From contig NC_134027.1 of assembly GCF_964204645.1 (NCBI RefSeq), forward strand, positions 186,001-250,000: a stretch of 64,000 bases of DNA, given 5' to 3'. Shown piece by piece: positions 11,949 through 24,753 of this stretch; position 1 is the first letter of the stretch; every line of letters begins with the position of its first letter. Source of the DNA: Tubulanus polymorphus. Lineage: Eukaryota; Animalia; Nemertea. Both the position numbers and the translations under genes were made by a program. The notes beneath the pieces are model-generated. The model was given only the letters and a program-made list of their open reading frames with translations. It was not told the DNA's origin and made no database searches.

Positions 11949-13772
11949 TCCAGAATTCACCGGATCAAATCTTAGTTTCTTGGTCGACGGTTCACCAGTC
12001 TCGGCGCTATCACTTCCTAAATATGAAGATAAAACCGAGGAATTGCTTATACGTCTGAGGCGAAGCTTCGAAAAAACGATTAACTTTAGTGAGATTCGAA
12101 ATAAAGAGTTGAACCTGTTTTTGTAAAACTGATCCCTGAATGGTGGTGTTTCGATTTCATCTTATCGAATGTTAACATTGAGACCCGTCACTGAGGGAGG
12201 GGTGCTATGTGACCAGGGAGGCTGCAGAACCTCGGCTCTCCTTCACTGACGGTGAATGTCATATACGGATTATCAGCAGGTTGCGCGGAGAAACGATTGA
12301 TATATTTCATTGATGAATAAAGCTGGATTAATTCGACTCAAATATCGAGAATAGAAATTGATTATTTCCTACAATTGATTAAAACCTTTTAATCTCTTCT
12401 GCTTCTGACGAGAAAATTACTGAAAGAATATTTCAGATTTTAATCGAATTCTACCGATAGATGGTCGAACGAGGAAATTGGCAAATTCGTCCATCATAAT
12501 AGAAAAGTGAACGGTCGTAGACAGGGCGATAATGAGGACAAGCATCTTCAACCCACACAATTCGGAACTGGATCAAGTCAAATTGAACCCGGACAATCTG
12601 TCGAACTAGATCCAGAGTCAAACTGTACCCGAGTGGAACTGGACCCCAGAGTCACAATAAACCCATACAACTGTGAAACTGGGTCCATAGTCAAATTGAA
12701 CCCTCTGTGAAACCTAAATAAGTAATTCAAATGGAGTTAAATATTTCTTTGTGTTCACATCTGATCCCTGGATGAAATAAAGGTCGCAGATTGTTTGTCG
12801 CCTCTATATGCCGTGTACAGTACTATATGGTTGTGTTCCACGGAGAGTAGAGAGCGAACTCTTACAAACATCTGTTCACAAACCTACATCCTAATCACAT
12901 GTAACACCGTGTCAAACTGTAAGGTCCGCTCCCAGCCGCCGGCATCGCCTTCTATATCGACATTTACAGATATTGAATTCCGACATTAAACTCTATTTTT
13001 GATTAATCATTTTCAATCAACGGTTAATTCCTTGGAATTATATCGAAGGAATCCCTCTGGAACCTTCACCTTTGAAACATACCTTAAACTATTGCAGGGA
13101 CCAGTTTAAACTCTCAGTAAACTTTAAACTCTCTTAAAATCGGTTTGACTTCTGTAATTCAGTTTACCATTGTAACGAATTAACAGTTTATCCTTTTTGT
13201 GGTGAAATTTTGACGGCAGTTTTTGAAAGAGTGCCGATAAAATGTCTGGATGTTTGCATAGATTCGTCCTCTTCAATTAAGACTCAATCTCCGTGTTGAG
13301 GATCAGAAATTGTAACAAATTATTAAGATTCCAATGATAGAAATAAACCGAATAAAGCAAAATGTTTTATAAGTAGAGATTAATTAACGGCCGGTAATGG
13401 TTGGATGGTGTTACACTACGAAACGCCGGAAAGTAGCCTAGAGGAATTAGCTACCAAGTCACTGTGTTCCTAAGATCGATCAATCAATGATTTCATATTG
13501 ATTTTATTGATTATCGTTGTTGTCGCAAGCTGCCGTGTGTGGAAGCTGGCCGATTTATTACTGCGCAAGTGGTTATATGTGCAGTGGTTTTATACGGACT
13601 CTCGGTACCCCGCATGTTTCTGGGTGTCCCACCTGTTTTTGTGTCCCTGGATCCTGGGTGTCCCACCTGCTTCTGGTGTCCCTCCTGTTTCTGGATGGAT
13701 GTCCTGGGCTTTGGGTGTGCCGCCCTTAGGTTTTCTAAGCCCGGTTTCCATCCGTGAACCACCACGAGCAAC

Positions 13773-13836
13773 CTGGTTGAGCAATCACTGGTTGAGCAAT
13801 CACTGGTTGAGCAATCACTGCCGGGTTGAGCAATCA
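13773..13836. repeat. 15-bp tandem repeat (CTGGTTGAGCAATCA) x ~4
   Basis: Direct inspection. Confidence 0.85.
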
Positions 13837-14029
13837 TCTCAACTCGACAATGGACAACAGTACGGTTACAATTAGAAGTCTAAACGATTATTGCAGTAAA
13901 TATTGTAATGGCCAATTTGGAATTGTGCGCCGAGACGTGTAACGCGTTCAGTACCTTGTTCATTAATATTTGAATAAACAATAGAGCTTGGTTTTCATTG
14001 TTCGATGAGAGTCAATATCATTACCGCAG

Positions 14030-14225
14030 CAGCAGTTAGACCCGGTCCACTGTCAGACAGGCCGTGCCGTCAGACCCGCGCCAGCAGTCAGACCCGCGCC
14101 AGCAGTCACTGTCAGACCCCGTACCAGCAGTCAGACCCGCGCCAGCAGTCACTGTCAGACCCCGTACCAGCAGTCAGACCCGCGCCAGCAGTCACTGTCA
14201 GACCCCGTACCAGCACTCAGTCAGA
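14030..14225. repeat. Compound minisatellite (CAGCAGTCA(CTGTCA)GACCC...)
   Basis: Repeated CAGACCCGCGCCAGCAGT and CAGACCCCGTACCAGCAGT subunits. Confidence 0.8.
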
Positions 14226-15668
14226 TGATGACACTCAGTAAAGGACATCAATTCATTCATTATCACCAGAATCTGAATTGAACGGATCGATATATAGAAA
14301 TTGAGAAGGCTATTTGAATAATTCATAGCTATACTGACGCTCAGGTTCAGAATGAGGTATTTATATATCAATGATAGAAGCATCCCCCAGCCTCACGCAT
14401 AGCTACAGTGAAGCCGAAATATTGATTCTCCGCGCGCCGTATTTTTTTTCATCCACATTTTCTCTAGCTGCGCATCTTCTCGCTGATTATCGACGAATTT
14501 TCCTGTTGCATTTCGTGCTCCAGGCAACAACTGATCTCCCGCAGTGTCATCAACAGTTCATCCGTTCTGCCAGATCGAAGTTAAAACCGTTAGAAATAAT
14601 AACGGTTATTTGAATTTCAAATGAGTACAGCATTCGAATTCATTCTCAACGATTTCATGAAATAGATGATTTTTTTATTTTTTTATTTTGTCTAGAAGTT
14701 CCAGGCCACATTGACGTCACAGCTCTTGCAAGAAGCGGCTAAAATTTACATGACGGTCATTTCTTGACGGCCGACGCATTGGGACCTTGGGCGTTTTATA
14801 GTCAATCTGTTGCTCAATGATTGGGCTACAGTGCGGTACGTGTTTAAACCATGCAGGATCCGAACCGGTTCCAATTATTTGTCGGTTAAATTTGAATTAG
14901 TTAATTTTTCTCGTCTTCTAGTAAACGGTTTAACCTTTTAGTCAAACTTTGATTTGGAACCGGATCCTTTTGGTTTGATAACACGAAGCTAGCGAGTGAG
15001 ATGTTGAATCGTTGAGATGACTGCAGTAATCTCTACCAGACAAGTATCTCACGTCTCAAAGAAATCAATTTGTTACGCCGAGTCAGTATCGCATTTTCAG
15101 GATGGCTCCGGGTAGATTATGCGCTGTGTCAGTATCCTTCAGATTTCATCTCGACCACTTCACACAAGAATATCGATGGAATTTTCAAGCTATTGATTCC
15201 TATTTAAGATGTATCTTAGTTTTCAAGGATCCTTTTCCACTTGGGAGTTAGAATTGACTCAGAACTCGGGATCCAGTTGGCACAGTTGTGAGTTAGAGTG
15301 AACTCAGGATCCAGTTGGCATAGCTGTGAGTTAACTACATGTATTGAGTTTCAGACATTAGTTAGGATTAGACATTATTGATTAGGATTATAGTTAATTT
15401 TTCAGTGAGTTATTTGTTGGACCAGAAATTTGGAATTGGGTCTGGATTTATGACGACCTTAGAATGATAATTTGTGAAATTATGGTTAATAAAGTTTTAT
15501 GGTCCCGCTGCAGGTTCGAATATTCCCTTTAAAGATTTATAAAGAACAGATTGGAATCTATTGAAGCTATGAATTCATAAACGGGTTATTAAAAAGAAGC
15601 AAAGCACCGTGAAATTAGCTTCATTTGATTAAACTAGTTTAGTATATCTGAGATTCGTAGAGATCAAA

Positions 15669-15740
15669 GAGCTGTGGTCTTGTGGTTAGCACATTGAACG
15701 GTACCCTACAGGTCCCAGGTTCGAGTCTACTGTCGGCACG
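15669..15740 (+). mobile_element. tRNA-derived SINE head or tRNA pseudogene
   Basis: A-box-like TGGTCTTGTGG and B-box GGTTCGAGTC at tRNA spacing; the acceptor and anticodon stems do not pair well. Confidence 0.55.
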
Positions 15741-15977
15741 AGGAGTACATTTTATTTCGTTATTTGGAATATTTCAATTTTTTGTTTAAACTTTGCCTCG
15801 AATTTTACCATTTTGTAATAAAGAACTTTTTGAAAAGCTTGGGTTCGATGACAATGAATGTAATGGTGGTGTAATTATAGGATTATTCTACTGTTTCAAT
15901 ATTTGATAACAATGTTCAAACACCTTCAGAAATGCATGAATTACTAATTACGCTTCGTTAATCGTTTATGTGTTCAC

Positions 15978-16680
15978 CAACACCAACAGCAGCAGTAACA
16001 GCACCAGCAGCAGCAGCAGCACCAACAGCAGCAGTAACAGCAGTATGACCAGCACCAGCAGCAGCAGTTACAGCAGTACCAGCAGTAGGACCAGCAGCAC
16101 CAGCAGCAGTAACAGCAGTATGACCAGCACCAGCAGCAGCAGTTACAGCAGTAGGACCAGCACCAGCAGCAGCAGTTACAGCAGTAGGACCAGCACCAGC
16201 AGCAGCAGTTACAGCAGTAGGACCAGCACCAGCAGCAGCAGTTACAGCAGTACCAGCAGTAGGACCAGCACCAACAGCAGCAGTAACAGCAGTATGACCA
16301 GCACCAGCAGCAGCAGTTACAGCAGTAGGACCAGCACCAACAGCAGCAGTAACAGCAGTATGACCAGCACCAGCAGCAGCAGTTACAGCAGTACCAGCAG
16401 TAGGACCAGCACCAACAGCAGCAGTAACAGCAGTATGACCAGCACCAGCAGCAGCAGTTACAGCAGTAGGACCAGCACCAACAGCAGCAGTAACAGCAGT
16501 AAGACCAGCACCAGCAGCAGCAGCAGCACCAGCAGCAGCAGTACCAGCAGTAGGACCAGCACCAGCAGCAGCAGTACCAGCAGTAGGACCAGCACCAGCA
16601 GCAGCAGCAGCACCAGCAGCAGCAGCAGCACCAGCAGCAGCAGTACCAGCAGTAGGACCAGCACCAACAGCAACAGTTAC
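15978..16680. repeat. Complex CAG/CAGT/CAC triplet-based satellite with higher-order subunits
   Basis: About 700 bp built from CAG, CAC, TAC and AGT triplets; it gives low-complexity Ser/Thr and poly-Leu/Val ORFs. Confidence 0.95.
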
Positions 16681-17028
16681 ATAGCAGCTCTTATTATCCT
16701 ACACGACAACTTGTGGAACTAGGAACTGAAGTGTGGAACAGGGCACTGTGGAACTGTGGAACTGGGTGTTGCTGATAAATTACGTAGTTCTGACTGAATT
16801 TACTACAATGCAGCAGATGTTTGACATTAATCCAAGTGCTGCCCTCGGTGACTCAGGCTAAACGTAATTTACTCGTATAGTAAACTGCGTGACAGCTGGG
16901 TCCATAATTCAATAATAAACCCATAATCAATCCACGTATACCATTGATATTCAGAGTCGTCTTCAAGTCAGAATCTGGCTGATAAAATGACAACTACAAG
17001 CAACAGAACACACTTCCATAGATCGCAT

Positions 17029-17392
17029 AGTGCACAGTCAAGACATAGATCTAAGTCCGACTCTTAGTCCTTAAACTAACAGCCACGAGACTACAATATG
17101 AGTAGCCTCAAAATACGTAGCCCGACCCATATAGCTCTGGTCTGTCGAAAACCACTTAAACGCGTAGCTAAGATGCTGGCCTTACAGTCTACCTCTGGAA
17201 TACGTCCAGGGCCAGATCCATGGTCCAATTTTGACTGCCTCGATCGCCGAGGAAAAAAGGCCACTTTTTTCAAAAAGCAGCACATTATAGGAATCAACCT
17301 CAATGCAAAGGAAAAGCCATTTTCCTGGGAAGACCGTTCTTAAGATTGAAGACCACTTCAGACTTGAGTTACGACTGTGCAACTCTGGGCCC
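17029..17392. mobile_element. MITE-like element of the (T)GCACAGTC...GACTGTGCAACT family
   Basis: Termini match the elements at 19815-20035 and 27150-27512; it shares TCCATGGTCCA with the 19.8 kb copy. Confidence 0.5.
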
Positions 17393-18603
17393 TTAGATAG
17401 TTTTTAAATGTTTGAGTAAAACTTTGAGTGCGAACTGTGTGAAACTGGATCATGATTTTTTAAAGATCAGTATCTGTTAATTTAAACGTACGAATAGAAC
17501 CGGTCCTAATCTTCCAGGGTGATATAGCAATGTTTTAATGCGTATATTTAGTCTCTATTGTTCAGAATCAACTACCATGAATAGCGCACTCAGGGCCATA
17601 GATTCCAACAGCTAACGACGCTCCGATAATATTCCATTAAATGGAAATAAACTGGGTATTCGCTGAGGACTTATTTGTAAATAATAAGTCTATACGGATA
17701 ACTAATCTCTATTCAAAGGAAACTCTGTACGAAGTGGTTCTAATTCTTTAGCGAAATAAATCTAACAACCAGAACCTCGGTATTCAGGTGCTTACTGCGA
17801 ATAAACAGATTATCTTTAACATTAATATTTACTGTTTGAAATGTTTATCAATTATTTAGATTTTCTATGCGAGAATTTGGCGTCGATCACAAAATTTCCT
17901 AATTCGCACAATTGAAAAAAAACCAGATTCTGTAATTGTTCGATGTGATTAAGAATTATAGAATTCAATTTGAATTTTTATTTTTCGTCTACTTGGAATA
18001 ACAGATGACGTCACAGCCCGCGTAATTCCGTGTCAAGCGGAGGTGAAAGTGACAGTTGACGACCCTTTGTGTCGGCCATTATGACGCTGACTCCCTGAAG
18101 AAAATCTCGACCCCGGTGTCACAATTATTCCAAAATACGTCATATTGGCCGTCAAGCGGCCGTCAACCTACACTAGTCATATACACGTACATATATATAG
18201 CAGTAATTTATTCATACATATTTCACAGGATTAGAGATCATTTCGACCTGAACCGCGGTAAAGCAGACTATTTAATCTTCTATGATCTCCCTTCGTGATT
18301 GCATTTATGAACATTCAAGCAATCTAAGACAGCGTGTAATTTATGTGAGAGAGGTCTCCTCCTCGCGATACCCGGGTCTCTCTAACGCGCTACTAACCCC
18401 ACTCAAGAGTTAATTAACTTACTCTAGAGAATAGATCAAATATTTATAACCACCATATTCAGTCTCTTTAACGTCGTGATGTTTGGGCATAAATTCAAAT
18501 CATGCTATCATTTCATCAAAATTGTATTATATGAAATTGCGGACCCCAATCGCGTGTCGTGCTTGCTGATGTGTTGTGATAGGTTCTGTATACACAGCAG
18601 CGT

Positions 18604-19220
18604 CTGTAGGGATCAGTTTCACCAGGGTCGAGCTCCTCTCCTACCAGTGCGCGCGGAGCTGTCCCAACATCCATGGGTTCTGTAGGGATCAGTCTCACCA
18701 GGGTCGAGCTCCTCTCCCACCAGTGCGCGCGGAGCTGTCCCAACATCCATGGGTTTCTGTAGGTTCAGTTTCACCGGGGTCGAGCTCCTCTCCTACCAGT
18801 GCGCGCGGAGCTGTCCTAACATCCATGGGTTCTGTAGGTTCAGTCTCACCAGGGTCGAGCTCCTCTCCTATCAGTGCGCGCGGAGCTGTCCCAACATCCG
18901 TGGGTTCTGTAGGGATCAGTTTCACCAGGGTCGAGCTCCTCTCCTACCAGTGCGCGCGGAGCTGTCCTAACATCCGTGGGATCTGTAGGATCAGTTTCAC
19001 CAGGGTCGAGCTCCTCTCCTATCAGTGCGCGCGGAGCTGTCCCAACATCCGTGGGTTCTGTAGGATCAGTTTCACCAGAGGGTCGAGCTCCTCTCCTACC
19101 AGTGCGCGCGGAGCTGTCCTAACATCCATGGGTTCTGTTGGATCAGTCTCACCAGGGTCGAGCTACTCGCCCACCTGTGCACGCGGAGCTGTCCCAACAT
19201 CCATGGGTTTCTGTAGTTTC
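18604..19220. repeat. GC-rich minisatellite, 8 x 75-77 bp
   Basis: Units start at 18604, 18680, 18757, 18832, 18907, 18983, 19058 and 19135. Confidence 0.95.
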
Positions 19221-19814
19221 AGTTACGGCGCTGTCCTGTCCTGTCCTTCAGTGTGGAGCTATCTAAAGGTTTGAAAATGTGAAATCGATTCGGGAGGAAG
19301 TTTCACTCGATTCAGACATAAAATGAAATCCTCCTCGCAATATAGGTCTAACAAGGTTTCTACCAAACCCCAGACACAGTGATAGTGTGGCCCAACGATA
19401 GGAAACACAGTCATATTTCCAAATCTGGCCAACTAGGTAAATTCTGCCTGGCTTTGGGGAAATGTTTTTTACCATTCGCCGTGAAAGAATTGGAACCATT
19501 CCGATAGGTTGGAAAACAGAAAAATTAAGTGGAATACCATAATAGGGTTGGGTTATTTTGCTTCGGAATGATAATGATAAAAGTCCCGAGACACTGAGCT
19601 GGCTGAATCGAGGACTCACGCGTAGGCGGATATCTGGCACAGAGATGTTTAATTAAGATTTATATCACCGTTAAATCCTATATCAACCCTTCTAATTATC
19701 TGACGGCGTCGTAAACAATAAATGTCGTAGGTCAAATTTATTTCAAAGTAAGTATTGAGGTTAATATATTTATAGGTGATGGCAAAATGTGTTTGAGTAT
19801 AGATAACTAACCTG

Positions 19815-20035
19815 GGGCCAGTTGCACGACACAAGTCCATGGTCCATGCAATTTTGGACTTACGGTTGTGCAACTGGGATTGGTCTTCCGTAAGACTGGT
19901 CTTAAGTTGTTAGATTTGCTATAGGGCTAAGCTGGGCTAAAAGACTGGTCTAAAGTTGTTAATTAGTTATAGATCGAAGATGGTCATAGATTGGCCTTAA
20001 GTATATGTATAAGTCATAGCGTGCAACTAACTCCA
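19815..20035. mobile_element. MITE-like element with internal TAAGACTGGTCTTAAGTTGTTAGATT subunits (reverse of the 47-bp unit at 27.2 kb)
   Basis: Termini AGTTGCACG...CGTGCAACT; the internal sequence is the reverse complement of the 27185-27466 array unit. Confidence 0.6.
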
Positions 20036-23000
20036 GGTCCCCAGTTTCACCCCCTCAGATCCAGTTGGACCAGTTCCACATTTGTTGGTTAGATTTGAAT
20101 ACTTGAATCACTCCTGAACAGTAAATTAGTTTGTTTTGTTCAATAAGTTCTTAATCGATTCTTATCTACCCGGCCCCGAGCACTGTCCGTTCACTTTCCA
20201 CCAATGTATTCAAAAACTGTTATAGCTAGAATTGTAAGATTTTAGGTTTAAACGTATTACTAAATATTTATCAATGAAATTGGTTTATTGATTTAAACTG
20301 TGAATTTGTATGTGCTTTATCTACAGTAAGACGCCTGTCTGCGTCCTGGGTCAATATTGACCTTTTCTCAAGTGTTTGACCCTCTCAGTAAATCTAAACA
20401 CTTCATTGTTATCAGAAATGTCTCATGGTGCCGGTCTGCTAGTATCGCAACACGTATAACATCTTAAAGTTTGAATGATTCTAACAGTATTTATGTACAA
20501 GATGCGAGATGGTGCACGATGTCTCTTGGGTTCGAACCCGATTGATGACGTCATCCTATCCGTATTAGCAAACTCCTCGTTCCAAAGTGTCAGGGATCGA
20601 TGACGTCATCTTAGATTCCATAGATAAATGTATGTTTAACCACGAATCCAAATCCTATGTAAGGTTTGCCAATTCTCGGACCCCTTAATTTTTTTCAAAT
20701 TAGTTATAAGGTTGGACGGAGGACGTTGGGTGACGTAACCAAATCGTGACGTCAACTATGACTACCATCAGCGTCCTCTATAGGTTAAAACAGAAACTAA
20801 GAAAGTCTTAGTGATTTCTTTTTTGAAATGAATGTATTATCTTTATTTAATCTGAAAACCTTTCAGCGAAATAACAGAACATATCAACAAAATTTAATAA
20901 GAATGTTTTTTAAAACCTTCTTAAGTTTAGAATGTCAGACCAAAATGAGCACCGCACAATATAACATCAGTCCTATTGAAGCAATAGCGAAATACAAAAT
21001 ACAGATTTATTTTTCATTGAAAATTAACACAATAGACTTCATTCAAGACGGATCTCAGAAACTATGTGCCACCTGAAGGCAATGACGTGAATTTCAGCTG
21101 TAATTTTTGAGATTTTTGTGAAAAGAAAAAATTAATGAAGACATTCAATATAGCACCGTATAAAAACAGGTTCTAGCTACAGATATACTTAAAATACAGG
21201 AGACACAATTACTTTCATCTACCTTCCCCTGAAAACCCTTACTGCCGGTACAAGGCAATCTCCTGATGACCATACCCACTATCAGGCAAACCCAACTACC
21301 CTTGCTGCCAGGCTAGTCCTGCTAAACCTTACTGCTGCTACCAGGCAATAAACCCACTAACCCTACCCGCTACAAGGCTTAGGCATGTTTAGATTCAGGA
21401 ACATTTTGAAATCTTTACTTTATCACTGGTATTAGTAAATACAGTCGTAATAAAACTATTCATAGTTAAAGCTAATAAATTATTACATGAATGAAAATAG
21501 ATAAACATCAGTCGTAGTTTGAATATAGATGAAATATGACTGATCTTCGTTCTCGTAACGTCGTCTGCCGCTGACAAATAGAACTTCTGAAAAACACAAA
21601 CAAACACAACCATTAATATACATTGTATTACACAGTTTAACAGGGTTTTACCATTAGCAATTACAACCAATTTCTTACAACTAACGACACGAATTTCAAT
21701 AACAAAACAGCTATAAATAGTAAGTAAAAGCACCAGTGTCAGCAGCGGCTGAACAGCAACCGCAACAGCAGCAGCAGAAGCAGCACCACCGGTAGCAGTC
21801 CTGATGATAGAGTCTGAATTACCTCAAAATAAATGCTTTAGTTCCATATTTTGCATCAATTACATAAGATAAGATAAGATTCTATTCCGAGATATTGAGG
21901 GCTACAGATATTCAGGGTCCAGTTTTACTTAAACTTAGATGCAACAGTTGTGGGTGAACCCTCGGGCTTCAGTTAAAAACTGGATCCAGTTCAACAGTTG
22001 TGAGTACAGTGTTAACATTAGTTCAGTCAAATTCAAACTCAGAGCAGTAGAACCACCGGAACCTTGTCTATAAAATCAGCCCCTGCTGTTTGATTTGAAT
22101 CTAATATCTGTAACTATAAATAATTTAATGAAATTTAGACAATAACAAGGACAGGTTAAGCTTTTCTCAAGGCTGGTTGTTGAATTCTTATGAGACTAAA
22201 ATCATTGAACTATGAACAGATAGGGATCTATGTATTAATGGTTACCTTGTGTTCTATGTTCAGGAATGTTCAAGAATTTCACACTTTACCGATTAATTCA
22301 AATAAAGACGAATGAAAAGCTTCCTTAAACACTTAAATCAAACAAACGTCTGCTTAGTAGAAAATCAATAAAACCGTTCGTTATTTTCAAATATTAAATA
22401 CTAAAGGAATATCATGATTCATATTTTTTCAAATTCAGATTGAAATCAAGTCATTAAAAACAGACCTTGATCCAAACAGACTTTTATTTCAACAAATTCT
22501 TATCGACCGCATGAATCGCGACTGAGGACTAATTTTTAAATTGAATACCTACAGTTTGTAAGGTATATTAGACAAGTTGATTGAGTAATGGCTTTAAAAC
22601 AGAGTCTATAAAAAACCCACTGAATATCATAAATTCTTGTTCGATAATATCATACCGCTAAACGCCCTCCTACCTCCGCCGGCCCGCCACGTCGAGAATT
22701 ACGAAAAACACACTTATCAACTGATAAATGTATATTTTCAACACTCTGATAAACATTAGTGACAACTGTCACAATGTTCTTATCAGACAAGGTTACGAAA
22801 TAACGATTGACAAACACTAAACTGAACACGAGGCGTTTGGTTTTATATAGATCAGGATCTGGTTAAACTTAAAAATCTAACTCAAATTTTAATTGCTGTT
22901 TTGGTTTATACTTCAATGAAGAGGAAATCAATTCAAACTTGATCGTTTTAGGATAAACTTTTACATGAATGTGAAACCGCAGGATCCACATTTATGAATA

Positions 23001-24753
23001 AAACGTTTCATTGAACACCTCAAGAGTGAGGGATAACTTTTCACTCACAACTTTAGAACAGAGTCCAGTCCTAACTAGAGTTAACTACTGCTGGGTTAGG
23101 TTAAGAAAAATGTCTATAAAACCTGCAGGGGTTTTGAGCTAAATCTAACCACAGACTAAAGATGAGAACCTGAAGTGGAGATCGGTTCAGCATTAAATCT
23201 TAATCAACACCAAAAATATCACGAGAGCATTAGAGATATAATAAGACTACAAGAAAATGTTCAATGGTTTGAAAATATTGAACAAACAACAGGAAAGCTC
23301 GAGGAGACAGTCTGACCTAGAAAACAACGAGTAGTTCCCTATTGAAAAAACCTTCATTACTTTCATTCATTTTTCACAGAACTCGTTTTTCGATATATCT
23401 ATATTTCTACATCTCTCTCAGATACTAAAAATAGATCGTAGCGTTTGAAAATAAACTTTAAGGTGAAAAACCTGGACATAACTTTATTCATACAAGATTT
23501 ACAAACTGCTCAGAGGGCACATTTTTTCTCGTAAAAATTGAAAAAAAAGATTATATTACTTTAGTGAACATATTCTTACTATCAATATTCCCTATAAATA
23601 AGTTTTATGTTTATCGCGATTTTATCAATTTTTCTAGAAGAAGTTTTTTATTTGCAAGTTGTGAATAGATTTAACGTAAATGAATTCCCACAACAGAATC
23701 AGTCGTGAGTAAATACAATGATTAATGGTATTTCACTGCAGGTGAACAAAGTTCTACATTGAATCAAATCTTTCTTTGTAAAACTAAATCAAAACCGTTA
23801 AAAATTCATTAAAGTTTCATTACTTTTCAAGGTAGAATTCTCTCCAAATTAGAAAGGCGTCAGAATTCTGCTTGCACTACGAATCAAGTTTTAAGTTGAA
23901 TTCTAATCTCACATCAAATTAACCTAATATGAATTAACGAAGATTAAGTTGCTTTCAATTGTTCTTAAAAAACTAGTTTCAATTTAGGACCTGGAATTAA
24001 GCTAATTCTCTTAAGGTCTATCTAGAACCTGACAACCCTTGTCATTATATATCAAATTATTTTCATTCTAGAACCAATTCATACTTGTAGTAATTAATTG
24101 AGTATATTCTGGTTTGAACGGAGTTATAAACCACTGAACTATAGGAATTATTGAGCGCGATAAATAATATAACAGTTTATATCGCTATTACCCACTGTTA
24201 CCATTGGCAACAGTACACAAGACAACTAACACCATCTATTGGAAATATATTGTACTACATAGATTTTGCCAAGTGAGATTTTTCAAATTGTCTGAATTTA
24301 TAAGGAAAAACATCGACTTTTTGAGTGGATACAGAAATGAAAAGTTCTAGGAATTAAATAATTGAATACCTAATAGTTCATAGTAAATACATCAAGGCAT
24401 AATTCACACATGCCTCGAGATATCAGGTGCCTTTTAGTAAATCTCCTTTGTGCCATTCACGAGAATAGATTGTAATGTTTATCCCAGAAAGCTGCTTCAA
24501 GACTTAGTGTCAGTATTGAGGAGGGGAAAATAAATAGAGGATATTTCATTTTTGATGAATTGTCCTGTTATTGACGGTTCTGCGGTCAGAGGTTTTTATT
24601 TCTCCCTCCTGATTTCGCGCCCGAAAACTAATATTCATCAATATGTTGATGTTGATAGTATAGGGAAGAAGAAGGTGACTAATGTTTCTCAATCTTCACG
24701 GCACATTAAACACTAGAAACTGAATATTGAATTGATATTTACCTTGATTCAGT

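Noticed and set aside
13498-13875. Cluster of overlapping 64-125 aa ORFs
   Set aside because: Produced by GC-rich degenerate GGTGTCCC repeats; no recognisable domain or splice support.
15669-15740. Functional tRNA genes here and at 33121 and 42022
   Set aside because: A and B boxes are present but the cloverleaf stems do not pair; treated as SINE heads or pseudogenes.
15970-16722. 250-aa Ser/Thr-rich mucin-like CDS
   Set aside because: It starts at GTG, consists wholly of a triplet satellite, and has no signal peptide or convincing splice context.
18604-19220. Iron-responsive elements (CAGUGC loops) near FBXL5, or the 232-aa ORF
   Set aside because: The bases flanking CAGTGC (CCTAC / GCGCG) do not form the 5-bp upper stem, and the ORF cycles through frames of the repeat.
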